NCBI GenBank assembly: GCA_951406725.2
Contig: OX597815.1
Span: 45,694,001 to 45,758,000, forward strand
Direction: 5' to 3'
Origin: Octopus vulgaris
Lineage: Eukaryota
DNA: 64,000 nt
Shown: positions 38,630 through 51,329 of the stretch, piece by piece
How positions within the stretch are numbered: the first letter of the stretch is position 1
Layout: each line of letters begins with the position of its first letter
Notes under the pieces: generated by a model
What the model was told of the DNA's origin: nothing
The model's input: the letters and a program-made list of their open reading frames with translations, nothing else
Database searches by the model: none
Made by a program: the position numbers and the translations under genes

Positions 38630-39184
38630 GTATATATTTATCAAAGTGTACATGTATATATAATTCAGTTACAGAAAACAGGCTAAAATGAAATTTGTGG
38701 GTTACCTGTTTAGAAAGGCAGTCTGAATAAGAACTGATTCAGGGTAGAGGGGATCCTTTAGGTCAACTAACATAGTGCAACTTCTCAAGTATTGGTGGCA
38801 TAATAAAATGCATTGAGTTCACACTGTAAGACATAATCTATACTAGGGTGTATTTTTTGTCTTATGTTTAAGATGACATGGACTGGGACAGCTTATGTTG
38901 GCAGTGATACATGGACCTAAGAATGATGATGATGATGATGAAATACATGTATGTATCTAGGTACAAATATTGTTGACCATGGTCAGCCCCAACCAAAATG
39001 GATTTGATACTTATATCAGCAGCTATGGCTTAATCCCCTTATTTCATGATAAGAGCTACATGCCCAAAATGGCAAAAGACTAAAATAAATTCCAGTTGTT
39101 TTATAAACCACCCCATAAACTTTTTACAGTGTTATGGCTTCTTTTATCCAAATTTCAAATTTACAATACTTTATGCATTTTCTC

Positions 39185-40190
39185 AAGGGGCCTACAAGAC
39201 GATTTGAAGAACCACTTTTATGATACCTTTCTACAGGCCACCTCAAAGACAAGTAGCAATGACCTCATTTTTGCAGCTGGAGATTTTAATGGGCATGTCG
39301 GATGGCATTTTGGTATCTTATATGGTGTTCATTGGGGCCATAGAATTGGTTCCTGAAGCGAAGAGGGAACTAAGGTACTGGAGTTCTGTGATGCATGCAA
39401 CCTATTAATCTGCAACACTAACTTCAGGAAGCCAGACAGCCACCTGATAACTTATCAATCAGGCAACTCTACTAGCCAGATTGATTTCACCCTCACCAGA
39501 CAGCAGGATGCAGGGTTGCTCTTAAATACAAAAACCTTCCCTGGTGAAGAATGTACTCCCCTGCATAGACTAGTTATTAGTGACTTTAGACTTGAGGCCA
39601 GAAGGATGCCAAGAAGCAGACCAATCCAGAAAAGAAGGCTTTGGAAGCTAAAGAATCCTTCACATGGTCAGAGATTTAGGGAGATCCTCACTGAGAAATT
39701 TGATGAGAAGGAGCTACAGACTTCGGACATAGAGGGTAACTGGAAATTTCTACAGGATAGCTTACTGAGCGCTACAGACCAAATCTGTTGCTAGTGCAAA
39801 GTCCCTTCAAGACCTAGAGTAATATGGTGATGGAATAATACAGTTGACAAGGCCATTAGAGCAAAGAAACAGGCCTGGAAAGCATGGAAGAGTTGGGGTA
39901 GCAGGGAACTGTACCAGATAGCCATAAGGGAGGCTGGGCAACAGGTATACTTGGCCAAGGGAGAAGTAGAAAAGAAGTTTGCCAATGTTCAGCGACGTGA
40001 GGACCAACGAACTGAAGTATTTTGGATTGCAAGACAGTGTGTGAGAGAAAATTGTGATGTCACAGGAGAGAAATGTGTTTGCATGGATGATGATGCACTT
40101 GCTTTTAATGATTCTGAAAAGAAAGAAGCCATTATAAAAGGCTGCTGAATGTAGAGAATGAATGGGAGGATATAAAGCAATTAAGATATG
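39185..40190 (+). pseudogene. Decayed RTE-clade LINE fragment (APE C-terminus onward), same family as 7085-8640
   Basis: AAGDFNGHVG, VLEFCDA..LLICNTNFRK, SQIDF, KTFPGEECTPLHRLVISDF. Confidence 0.85.
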
Positions 40191-40570
40191 TAATATATAA
40201 AAGAGATGTAATATTTATCCCCACTTAAATGCGGATGTTCTATTAGAACAAACTATACTGTGGTAGATACCATGAGAGAAACTCTCATATTGGTTTTTGG
40301 TGCAAGATGCACTCTTGTTTATATCGCTAGTGGGGAAATGATTCCCTTCACCTCCAGTGCTGAGACAACCAGATCACATAATTTCAACCTTGTTTGGTCT
40401 TGTTAATGATGGACATTTGATCACTAGAGACAGCAATGATTCATCTCTCTGCCAGCAATATATAGATTGACATTGCCAGAACAGGCATTAAAAAAAGTGA
40501 AATTATTGTGTATAGCACTCAGGTGCATTACAACTCATCAAAGTACATAGAATTATATACATTATTTACA

Positions 40571-40839
40571 GGCATATGGCATAGTGGTTAAGAGCGCAGG
40601 CTACTAACCCCAAGATTCCGAGTTCGATTCCAAGCAGTGACCTGAACAATAATAATAACAATGAAAAATACCTTAGGAATGAGAACCCAGGTTTGAAATT
40701 TCCCCAAGACACCTGAAGAATGCTGGAGGATATATCAGCAGAGACGTTGTGTTAACAACAAACAAGATGAGGGCAAATATCTGTCGAATGTAAATAATGT
40801 AAATAATGTACATAATTCCTCATCTCTGAAATATAGAAC
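40571..40839 (+). mobile_element. tRNA-derived SINE with hammerhead-containing 3' tail
   Basis: A box tggcatagtgg (40577-40587), B box gagttcgattcc (40620-40631), (AAT)n linker, hammerhead 40708-40753; 17-bp TSD tacatagaattat(a/g)tac at 40544-40560 and 40840-40856. Confidence 0.8.
40708..40753 (+). ncRNA. Minimal type I hammerhead motif (GAAA reads GAGA in this copy)
   Basis: GACAC-CTGAAGA-a TGCTG gaggatatat CAGCA-GAGACGTT-GTGTT; palindromic ACGT stem III. Confidence 0.65.
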
Positions 40840-41286
40840 TACATAGAATTATGTACCAAAGCCAAGAACATGAACAGTGTATGAGTCATGATATACATGG
40901 GTACATGTGTATGGAGAGGGTGTTATCAGGTGTAGTGTTGACGAATTTCAGGAAGCATGGAGGTTTTAAAGGATGCAATGTCTTGGTAACTAACAACTGA
41001 TGCAGGTAGGTTGTTCCATGCTTCAGCAACTCTGAGTATGAAAAAATGTTTCCGAAAGTCATGGGATTAGCCAGTTAGCTTGTAAAACACTGGGATAAAT
41101 ATTATCTCTCAGTATTAATAATACCTCTGTTGCTAATATATATTTTTAAAAAAGAGATGATCTATGAAGATATTTACAAGGACTCAATTAATGAATATGA
41201 TTTATTAATGCTATTACCATTGCATGTACTCATTAAGCAACAGTAAAACTCACAAGAGTTCAATACCAGAATATATCAAATGCTTC

Positions 41287-41800
41287 TTATTTCTTTATTG
41301 CCCACAAGGGGCTAAACACAGAGGGGACAAGCAAGGACAGACAAACGGATTAAGTTGATTACATCGACCCCAGTGCATAACTGGTACTTAATTTATCAAC
41401 CCCGAAAGGATGAAAGGCAAAGTCAACCTCGGCAGAATTCGAACTCAGAACGTAAAGGCAGACAAAATACCTATTTCTTTATTACCCACAAGGGGCTAAA
41501 CATAGATGGGACAAACAAGGACAGACATAGGTATTAAGTCGATTCCATCGACCCCAGTGCGTAACTGGTACTTAATTTATCGACCCTGAAAGGATGAAAG
41601 GCAAAGTCGACCTCGGCGGAATTTTAACTCACAGCGTAACGACAGACGAAATACGGCTACGCATTTCGCCCGGCGTGCAAACGTTTCTGCCAGCTTGCCG
41701 CCTTTCATAGGCAGACAAAATACCGCTAAACATTCATAGGCAGACAAAATACCGCTAAACATTTCACCCGGCGTGCTAACGTTTCTGCCAGCTCGCCGTC
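41287..41800 (-). mobile_element. Two tandem young family B SINE copies
   Basis: tatttctttatt.cccacaaggggctaaaca at about 41288 and 41472; 30-bp internal duplication near 41704-41764. Confidence 0.85.
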
Positions 41801-42691
41801 TTAATACTGCTTGTTGAAAGATAATATTTGTTACATTCAAAACATTTCAATCAGCTATTTATAAATTTAAAATGATGATGATGATGGCAGTTTCTCCATA
41901 CTTGAAGATCATGAGGAAGAGTGGCATGCATTCAAGTAGCTAACTAAACTGATCATTGACACTGCAGGGCTTTCCTTCTTGCCTGTGCTTAGTAGTTTTA
42001 AAGTGAGAGTCAGTCTGTGCAACCTGGTGCCACTCTGTAAACTTAGAGGTCTGACCACGGGGACTCAGAGGGCTAAGATGGCTGCAGTGACCAACAAACT
42101 GTAGATTTTACATTGGAGTGGCCTTCCTCTAGGTAAATTTCCTTACAGGGCTGGACAGCACCACCAATAACACTATGTAACAAAATTTTTATTTCTTCCT
42201 GTCTTTGGTCAGTAAGTGTTATTTCCTATTTGTTTCTACCTAAAAATCAAAAGAAATGACTACTATTCCCTTCAGACATTGTTTTTTTGACCTGTTCATT
42301 ACTGTTTTGAGGCTGACCTATTTTCCATTACATTTCATACAGATTCAGTGCTGAGCTACTGAAGCAAAAATATCGATATAACAAATATTCTGCTCAATAC
42401 CAAGGATTTGCTTGCTAGCTGCTTGACCTTAATCACTCAAGCATGTCCCTTAGTGGCTGATGATATATGCATCTCTGATCATGAACAGGAGTAGTGGGGG
42501 AGCATAAAAGCCATGTGCTGAGAGGGATTCTTTGACATTTGAATAAATGCAACAAAAGCAAATGTTGAAGGAAATATTAGGAAATTTTTTGCAGTTTCTA
42601 GGAGTAAGCAAATAGGAAATAACAGTTGCTGCCCAAGGATAAAAATCACATTACACAGTGTAACATAGAGTGTAATGTTTGCAGATGTATA

Positions 42692-43946
42692 CAGGGGTTG
42701 GGCAAAATAATGGAAACATCTTAAAATTTCAAACAAATTTATTTCAATATGGGGTAGGACTGTCTTTGGCAGTAATTATAGCTTGAATTCTATGAGGTAT
42801 GGACTCGTACAAAGTTTGAATTGTTCTCAAAGGAACTTTTGTCCATTCTTCAGCTAAAACAGTCTCCAGTTCTTGTAGTGATGATGGTGGAAGATATCGA
42901 CCCCTTACATGTTTTTCAAAAATGCACCATAAATGTTCAATAAAATTGAGATCTGGGGATTGTGGTGGCCAGATAAGATGTTCGCCTTCACTAGAATGTT
43001 CCTCATGCCATTCAGTAGCAACTTTAGCTGTGTGGATTGGTGTATTATCATCCTGAAAGATTGCGTTTCCCTCCGGAAACAGTCCCGCAACCATAGGATG
43101 AATTTGTTCAGATAAAACGCTTAAATACTCTTGGCTATTAATTCTGCGATGGAGGGAAACCATTGGGCCAGTGGATTTCCAAGATATAGCCTCCTAGATG
43201 ATTACGAATCTTCCTCCATGTTTAACAGTTGGAAGGAGGCAGTCTGGGTCAAATGCTTCTTTTGGCTGTCTCCACATGTATACTTGGCCAGCGGTTGAAA
43301 ATAAGGCAAAGGATAACTTGCCCAAGAAAATAACATCATTCCACTGCTCTAGGGACCAATTCTGTAGGTTTTTACTCCACTCTAAATGCTTTGCAACGTA
43401 TATTTTTGAAAGTAGTGACTTTCTGATTGCAGCCCTCCCACGAAATCTGGTTTTGTGCAGCTCCTAGTGAACAGTTTTTGTGGAAACTGGGTTCTCAAGT
43501 AATTTTGGGAGCTGTACTTTTGTGATCCTTTCTAACAATTCATGTAAGAGTCCAACAGTCCCTATCTGAAAGTTTTCGTTTTTTTCCGGAGTTTTGTTTC
43601 GCTGAGGAGGTTTTTTTCCTCTTTCTCAAAGGTTATCATTACTTTTGAGACAGTACTTCTTGAGACACCAAACATTTCAGCTGTTTTCATTACGCTAGCA
43701 CCTGCCACATGAGCACCAACAATTTGACTTCAGTGAAAGTCCAATAGATCTGTCATATTAATGAATTTTATTTACCTTTTTCTGATGATATCTGAAAAGA
43801 AACAGCAATTTTAGAAAAAATATATAAAGCAACACTAATAATAAATCAAAATACATAAAAATAAACAAGCTTTTGATGGTTTTATAGATATTTCAAAATT
43901 ATGATGCTATGATGCTAGGTGTTTCCATTATTTTGTCCAACCCCTG
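42692..43946 (-). mobile_element. Full-length decayed Tc1-family transposon, DD36E spacing
   Basis: ta|caggggttgggcaaaataatggaaaca ... tgtttccattattttgtccaacccctg|ta; IFQDDNTPIH...WPPQSPDLNFIEHLW with 36 residues between D and E. Confidence 0.9.
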
Positions 43947-44527
43947 TACATATAATATGGGAGTTATAGCTTAACATATGCTGTAACTAATATTCATCAC
44001 CATCATTATCATTATCATCATTTTAAAGTTCACTTTTCCACACTTGCATGGATCAAATAGAATTCACAGGAGACAGATTTTCTACTGCTGGACTAAGTAT
44101 TCTTGTTGTTAACTCTCATCTGTTTCTAAGCAAGATAATATTTCACCATGGATAGACGTATGTTCATGGAAGATTGGAAATGAGGGGCACTGCTTGTATG
44201 ATGGTGGTGTTCATTTACAACAATTACACAATGTTTAACAAGGACACACACACACACACACAGAGAGTCACACACACACGTATGTGAGTATACATGTCTC
44301 TAAAGGAAGACAGGACGCACAGCAAATAAAATGTACTGAACGACTAGAAGATTGTTGTGCACTGCATCTCAACACTACTGACCAATGCATGGTAGAATAT
44401 GCAGCATGAGTTCAGACAAGCCTGGAGCATTGCATCAAATGTCTAAGGATCATGATTTACAAACTGCTGCTATCTGAATATTCCACGAGTTACTTCTCCT
44501 ACATAGATCTGTTCAAACAGATATACA

Positions 44528-44750
44528 GGCCTCCTCCTCCTCCCTCCTCCTCCCCCTCCCCTCCTCCCCCTCCCCTCCTCCCCTCCTCCTCCATCCCCCT
44601 CCTCTCCGCCTCCTCCTCTCCGCCCCATCCTCCTCCTCTCCTCTGCCTCCTCATCTCACCCTCCTCTGCATTTCACCCTCCTCCTCCCCCCTCCGCCTCC
44701 TCATCTCCCCCCTCCCCTCTCCCACCCCCTCCCATCCTCCCTCCTCCTCC
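44528..44750. repeat. C-rich (CCT)n-derived polypyrimidine tract
   Basis: Direct reading; the poly-Pro and poly-Gly ORFs are artefacts. Confidence 0.9.
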
Positions 44751-45369
44751 AACAAAACCACCAACACCATCACCACCACTTCCAGCAGCAGCAGCACCGG
44801 CATCGCCACCATCACACACACACATCATCATCATCAGTAATGAGAAACAATAACACCAACAAATGTATTCTTCAAGCATACCAAGTAGAATGGACAAACT
44901 ACTTGTAAGTTGCACTGCAATAACATACTGCCAAAAAAACAGGTTTATATTCAAGGATCACATTTCAGGAGTGTTAAAGTACAACAGTTTTGATGTATGA
45001 TGGTTTCAGCTAAGTGATATTTCCAAGACGTATGTCATTATTCTGTATTTAAAATATGGTCTTTAAATTTCAGTTCTAACACATGTTGGATATTGGTTTC
45101 AAATTGTGGCACAAGGCCAGTATTTCAGGGAGGGGGAGTAAGTTGGTTACGGTGACCCCAGTGCTCAACTGGTAATTATTTTATCGACTCTGAAAGGATA
45201 AGAGGCAAAGTCGACCTCAGTGGAATTTGAACTCTGAACGCAAATATGAATGAAATGCTACTAAGCATTTTGCTCAGCGTGCTAACAATTCTGCCAGCTT
45301 TCTACCTTAAACACATGTAGGATATTAACACATCTAAAATACAAAGATATTCAGGAAGGGATTGTAGGT

Positions 45370-45762
45370 AATACGAGCAAAACGCCCCCCCCCCCCCCCG
45401 TCCAATAGATGGTGCTGAGTTGTCAAACATTTAAATTAAATTTTCTCAAAACAACTTGTCTGACTGTCCCATAGGCTTCCCCTTTGAGAAACACTGATTT
45501 AACCTAAATTTGAGACACCAGCAAAATAAAAAATAAAATTACCAATTGCAACAGCTGATGTACTTGTGTGTACAAATGCATGTTCCCACGACTTTATTGA
45601 TCACATTCTCACCTAGAATCGATTTTTGTAATTTTTTCAAGACTTATACACGCCCTGATACTGTCGGTATCTATATATCAAATTTGAGCGCAATCAGATG
45701 GAGGATGCCCGAGATCCTAGAAGACACACACGCAGACAGACAGAACGGATTTTATATACTAC
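45370..45762. mobile_element. Helentron-associated (HINE/DINE-like) non-autonomous element; related type at about 56612-56945
   Basis: tatatcaaatttgagcgcaatcag ... cagacagacagaacggattttatatact end structure. Confidence 0.45.
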
Positions 45763-46288
45763 TAACATGCAAAACATCTTATCTCTTTTATATTTTACTT
45801 GTTTCAGTCATTGGATTGTGGCCATGCAAGGGAACAGCCTTGAAGAATTTAGTTGAGTTGAAACCTGCCCACCACAACAGAAGTAAGATGCTAAAATCAA
45901 GGTACCACATAAAAAACATTGGTATGGGTGCTGGTGCCATATAAAAAGCATTGGTGATGGTGTCATGTGAAATCACTGGTACTAGTGCCACGTAAAAAGC
46001 ACCTTGTACACTCTGCAAAGTGGTTGGCATTAGGAAGGGCACCTAGCTGTAGAAACCAAGGCAAAACAGGCTATGGAACCTGATGTGTCCCCTGACCTTG
46101 CCAGTTCTTGTTAAGCTGTCCACCCATGCCAGCATGGAAAATGGACATTAATGTTGATGATGATAATAATGGAACCCAGTACTTATTTTAAAGTCTGGTA
46201 CTCATTCTAATGGTCTCTTTTGCCAAATTGCTAAGTTATTAAACGTACAGAAACCAACACTATTTGCTGAGTGGTGGTGGTGAGGACA

Positions 46289-46388
<100 letters not shown>

Positions 46389-47029
46389 AAGCTTCTTTTG
46401 ATTTCCATCTATCAAATGGCCTGGAGGCTATAAAAAAAGACACTTACCCAAGGTGCCACATAGTGGGACAGAACCAAGAACCATGTGGTTGGGAAGCAAA
46501 TTTCTTACTACACAGCCATGCTGTAGACTGTTAACTCATCGAAAGTACAAAAATATTCAGGAAGAAGCAGTAATATGCCTAAACAGGTGATAAAAATAGC
46601 TTCTATACAACACATACGTAAATCACAAATATATAAATAAAATTTAATTAATTATTTAGACATTTATTTATTTGTGTAATTGCTTTATAATTCTTCCTGT
46701 CTACACTTTCATTTTGTGAAAATGTAGAGTAAAGACTTTAAAAAAAATGTAAGATTGCCTTGCTAATGTGATATCAGGTAAACTTGAAAGGAATGTCATA
46801 GAATAATGAAAGCAGGAAGACCATTATATATACCGTAGAATATACAGATTCTGAAGATAAAGTGATATCTTTGAAGAATCTTGAATTTACTGGTAGCATC
46901 TTACCACATATGAGAATAGCATTCTTTAACGTGACTGAGAAAATGAGTAGGTTCTTTTCATTTGTTTTTTTAATTACAAAAACAAATTTTATATGTATCT
47001 GTGTGATTATATATATATGTATGTATGCT

Positions 47030-47061
<32 letters not shown>

Positions 47062-47309
47062 TGTATGTATGTATGTTTGTATGTATGTATGTATGTATGT
47101 ATGTATACACACACACACATACATACATAAATATATACATACATATACATACACATATATACACACAAACACAGACACACACACACTTAAATGTGTGTAC
47201 ACATATGTTTGTATCATATATATATATATATACACACACATACATATACACATACATACATATATGATACAAACATATATGTATACACACATTTAAGTAT
47301 GTGTGTGTG

Positions 47310-47348
<39 letters not shown>

Positions 47349-48415
47349 ATTCTCAGAGTATAAGCTGCATCTGTTTCATCCAGATTTTTCAGAGTATAAA
47401 ACGAAGAATCAGGAGAAAGTACGCAACACTCACTTACACACTCACCCCACCACTACCACCACCACCACACAATATTATATATATATATATGTTATAGTAC
47501 ATTTGCAACTAATATTCTGAACTAATTAAAGAGACTGCAATACTTTAAGTAGGATGAGTATATTAGATCATAGTTAAGTTGAAAGCTTTTCCATTACTTC
47601 AAGATTCATTCTAAAACAAGTAGAAATCTTCAGGTGGATAAATCAACAACCAATGCAAACAATGTCTTCATTAGAGCCCAGCGTTACAAGACAGTATACT
47701 GCAAACTTCTGATAGCTCAATCCAGCTTTATTGATCAGTTATTCTATTTCGGATAGGACATCCATTGTCTTGTTTAAAATGTGCTTGTTTTTTAAATATA
47801 TGTGGTATTTCTGAGCTATACATAGATGATAGTATTTTTGGGCAAATTTTGATAAGTACATCCACACGTGTTTCACTAAGAAAAAAAAAGACCCCATCAT
47901 CATCCCAGAATCAGTGGAAATTCTTTCTTCATTGAATGAATTATGGTGACATCCTAATATGCAACAAAACACTTCTTTGTCCGGATAACAGGGGTTGGGG
48001 TGGGGTGGAACCCTCAGAAATTTCACCTTTGCCCCCAATATTTTACAGAAATACGTTTTTGAGATTGTGGATTACATGGTTTGTTATTAAATAAATATTT
48101 ACTAGTTATTACTATATGAATTAATGTTAAATATATTTTTTCTTAAGTCATAGTGTACGAAATGTGTGTATGTATGCATATATATATATATATATATATG
48201 AGTGTGTATATATATATATATATATGTAGACACACACACAAGGGTTAGTACCAAATTGTTTCAGAAAAGTACTTATTACATACCTTGCCTGTCAGATCAT
48301 TGGATTAATCCCAACAAAATACAAACTTTAGAAGAAAAAAATCACTTTTGCTTTGCATATTTACCACTGAAACTTGAATTGGATTTCATTTTTGTGTGTG
48401 TGTGTGTGTGTGTGT

Positions 48416-48700
<285 letters not shown>

Positions 48701-49185
48701 TAAAAGTTGCATATTTCCTGCTGAATGTTTTCAAAATTTTAAATTCCCTGACAAATTTTTAATTCTTAACTTTTTTCGAATTTTTTTTCAATCTACATGG
48801 AAAAATATGGAGATCAAGAATATGGAAAAAACCCAAAAGAACTGCATGCACACACGCATCAGTCGCAGCCTCCCACCTCATAGTCACATGTGTTGATAAT
48901 GACATGCCCTACGTCTTCCACCAGATCATCCTACCATGGCTTTGCTCTCATTTGATGCAGCAGCTATGACATGGAAGTGACCTCATGTCAGGCCCCACAC
49001 CAGATGACTGGACATGATTAAGGAAGATCTTCAGAGGCTCGATGTCACCTTGGAGAATGCAGAGGGGCTGGCATGGGACTGTCAGTGATGGAGAGTACTG
49101 GTGGACCTGGTTGGCTCTATGCATAATGGCATCTCTGGAACCGCTAACCTGGGATGACCCCAACCCCATAAAGCAAGCAAGTAAG

Positions 49186-49471
49186 TATACTTTACTTATG
49201 GGTTAAGCAAGCTACCATTGGTTTCATATTGAGAGAGGTATATCTCTTAGCAATTATCAAAACTTTTTGCATGGGATATTGGTGTTCATCTCTATTTGGA
49301 TGAAAACGTGTTGGCGTTCATCATCATCTTGGATGAACACACCTTGCTGTTTTCATCTAAGATGAAGATGAACACCAATGTCCCATGCAAAAAGGTTTGA
49401 TAATTGCTAAGAGATATACCTCTCTTGACATGAAACCAATGGTAGCTTGGCTAACCCATAAGTAAAGAATA
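49186..49471. repeat. Foldback inverted repeat, about 120-bp arms, about 40-bp spacer
   Basis: ctttacttatgggtta.caagctaccattggtttcat...gatgaaaac / gttttcatc...atgaaaccaatggtagcttggctaacccataagtaaag. Confidence 0.9.
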
Positions 49472-51329
49472 TTTATCCACTAATGTGGTGTTGAGTACTG
49501 ATTCTCACTGTTTGATATTAACATACCCTGCACCCTACACACAAACACACACACTATTGGTAGATACCGTTCTACACGAATATGTTTATACACACACATA
49601 TACACACACTACATACATATTTATCCCTGTCTTTTGATATCTGTGTATGCTTCTGATATTAAATGCATGTGTGTACTTCATTTATTCATTTTTTTAAATT
49701 AAGGGTTTTTCACATTACCAATCAGTCTTTTACCTCTGTTTAGAATATTACACTTCCCGGATTCAATTGTATTTCACAACCTTTCTGAGTATTATCTTTC
49801 AGATACAAGGGCTTCAATTCTGGTTATTCTTGTAGTTTTTATTGCATACAAGAATGATAAGAATCAAAATTATGATGTAGATTTTGTTTCCACATTTGTT
49901 TATCCCTGAACTTTAAATTTTCTGGCTGTTGTATTTCATATCACCTGGTTTCTTTCAGAAACCAGCTTATATTTCAGCGGTGAAGTCTGCTGTATGTTAC
50001 TTGGATGGGTTAACCAGTTCTTTGAGTTTTGCATTACATTTGGTGTAGTGTAGCTTTCATGGATAATTTTCTAGTCCTTTTGCAAAAATTCTCTGTTTCT
50101 TGTAGTGCCATCACCTCTGTTACACCACAGCCACTACCACTACCACCACTGCCACTGCTACCAACATTATGACTGCTGCTGCTGCCGCCACAACCACCAC
50201 CGCTGCCGCAACCACCACCGCTGCCGCCACCACCACCGCTGCCGCCACCACCACCGCTGCCACCACCGTCACCGCCACCACAACCACCATTGCTGTTAAC
50301 AGCTAGTACGTTTGATGATTAGCCACTTAAGCAATTCTCTTATTCTTAACCTTTCTTTCAAGTGAATATTCAACTGATCATAATATTTAACTTAATTCCT
50401 TCTGTAATGCAAAAAATATACATGAATTTTTATTGACTGACAAGGCCAGTACAGTTGATAATCTTTGATCCAAATTTCCAAAATCAGAATTAAAAAAAAA
50501 ACTTTAAAAAATTGAATTCATTTTGAGTGAGAGAGACACCACAAATAGAAAATTCTAAAAGTGCTCTGGAAGTTTTTTTCTAGAATTGTGCAGCTGCTGC
50601 CAGTCATGCACTAAACTCTTTAGCTGCTGAGAGCAATGTCACCCTCTCTGGGTTGTGTAAAAGTGTAATAACTAGATTTATTTTTGGTGAAATGTGAAAT
50701 ACTGTCTTCAAAGTGAAACTATTATATGTTGTATGAAACTGGTCTAGAGTTAAGATTGTATAAAACTAGCATCACTATTTATGCATAAGCTATATCATCA
50801 ACCTCATCCTCATCATCATCATCATAATCATTTAATGTCCACTTTTCTGAGCATTCATGAGTCTGATGAAATTTGTTGAGACAGATATTCTAAGGTCAGT
50901 TGTCCATCTTGACACCTGTTTCCAAGCAGTGTAATATATCCATGGTCAGGCACATCTTTCATGGAAGACAGGAAACAAGCAATTTACAATCACCATGTGA
51001 TGTTAAGGCATAGGTACATACACACACACTCATATGATGGCTTTTCTCAACCTCTGTCTTGCAGATCTACTCTCAAGGCTTTGGTTGGCTTGCGGCTGTA
51101 GTAGGGGTCACTTGTCCAAAGCGTTGCACAGTAGGACTGAGCCCTAGACCACATGGTTAGGGAGCAAGCTTCTTAACCAGTTTACAGTAGTGGTTCATTT
51201 GGTTGCCTGCGCGTGGCAATGGTAATTGCACTGATTGAGGTCAGCACTCAGTGTGAGATAATATTTGGCGTATATTTATGTCAACCACTTGTCAACCGGT
51301 GCAAGTACTGTTTATTTACCTAAACTATA

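Larger units (their letters stand above)
40510..41065 (-). mobile_element. CR1/L2-type LINE 3' end, interrupted by the hammerhead SINE
   Basis: HDFRKHFFILRVAEAWNNLPASVVSYQDIASFKTS is the typical CR1 ORF2 C-terminal motif. Confidence 0.75.

Noticed and set aside
38706-38766. Minus-strand candidate exon DLKDPLYPESVLIQTAFLNR
   Set aside because: Weak acceptor, and its phase is incompatible with the neighbouring candidate at 37306-37397
40571-40642. Possible tRNA gene (also heads at about 51, 1240-1305 and 61290-61360)
   Set aside because: No paired acceptor stem or T-run terminator; each continues into a SINE body or is degenerate
44452-44954. Poly-proline / poly-glycine ORFs (formin- or extensin-like look)
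   Set aside because: Low-complexity CCT tract with no splice structure or domain context
49690-50100. Possible decayed retroelement ORF on the minus strand
   Set aside because: Stops in all frames and no motif clear enough to classify
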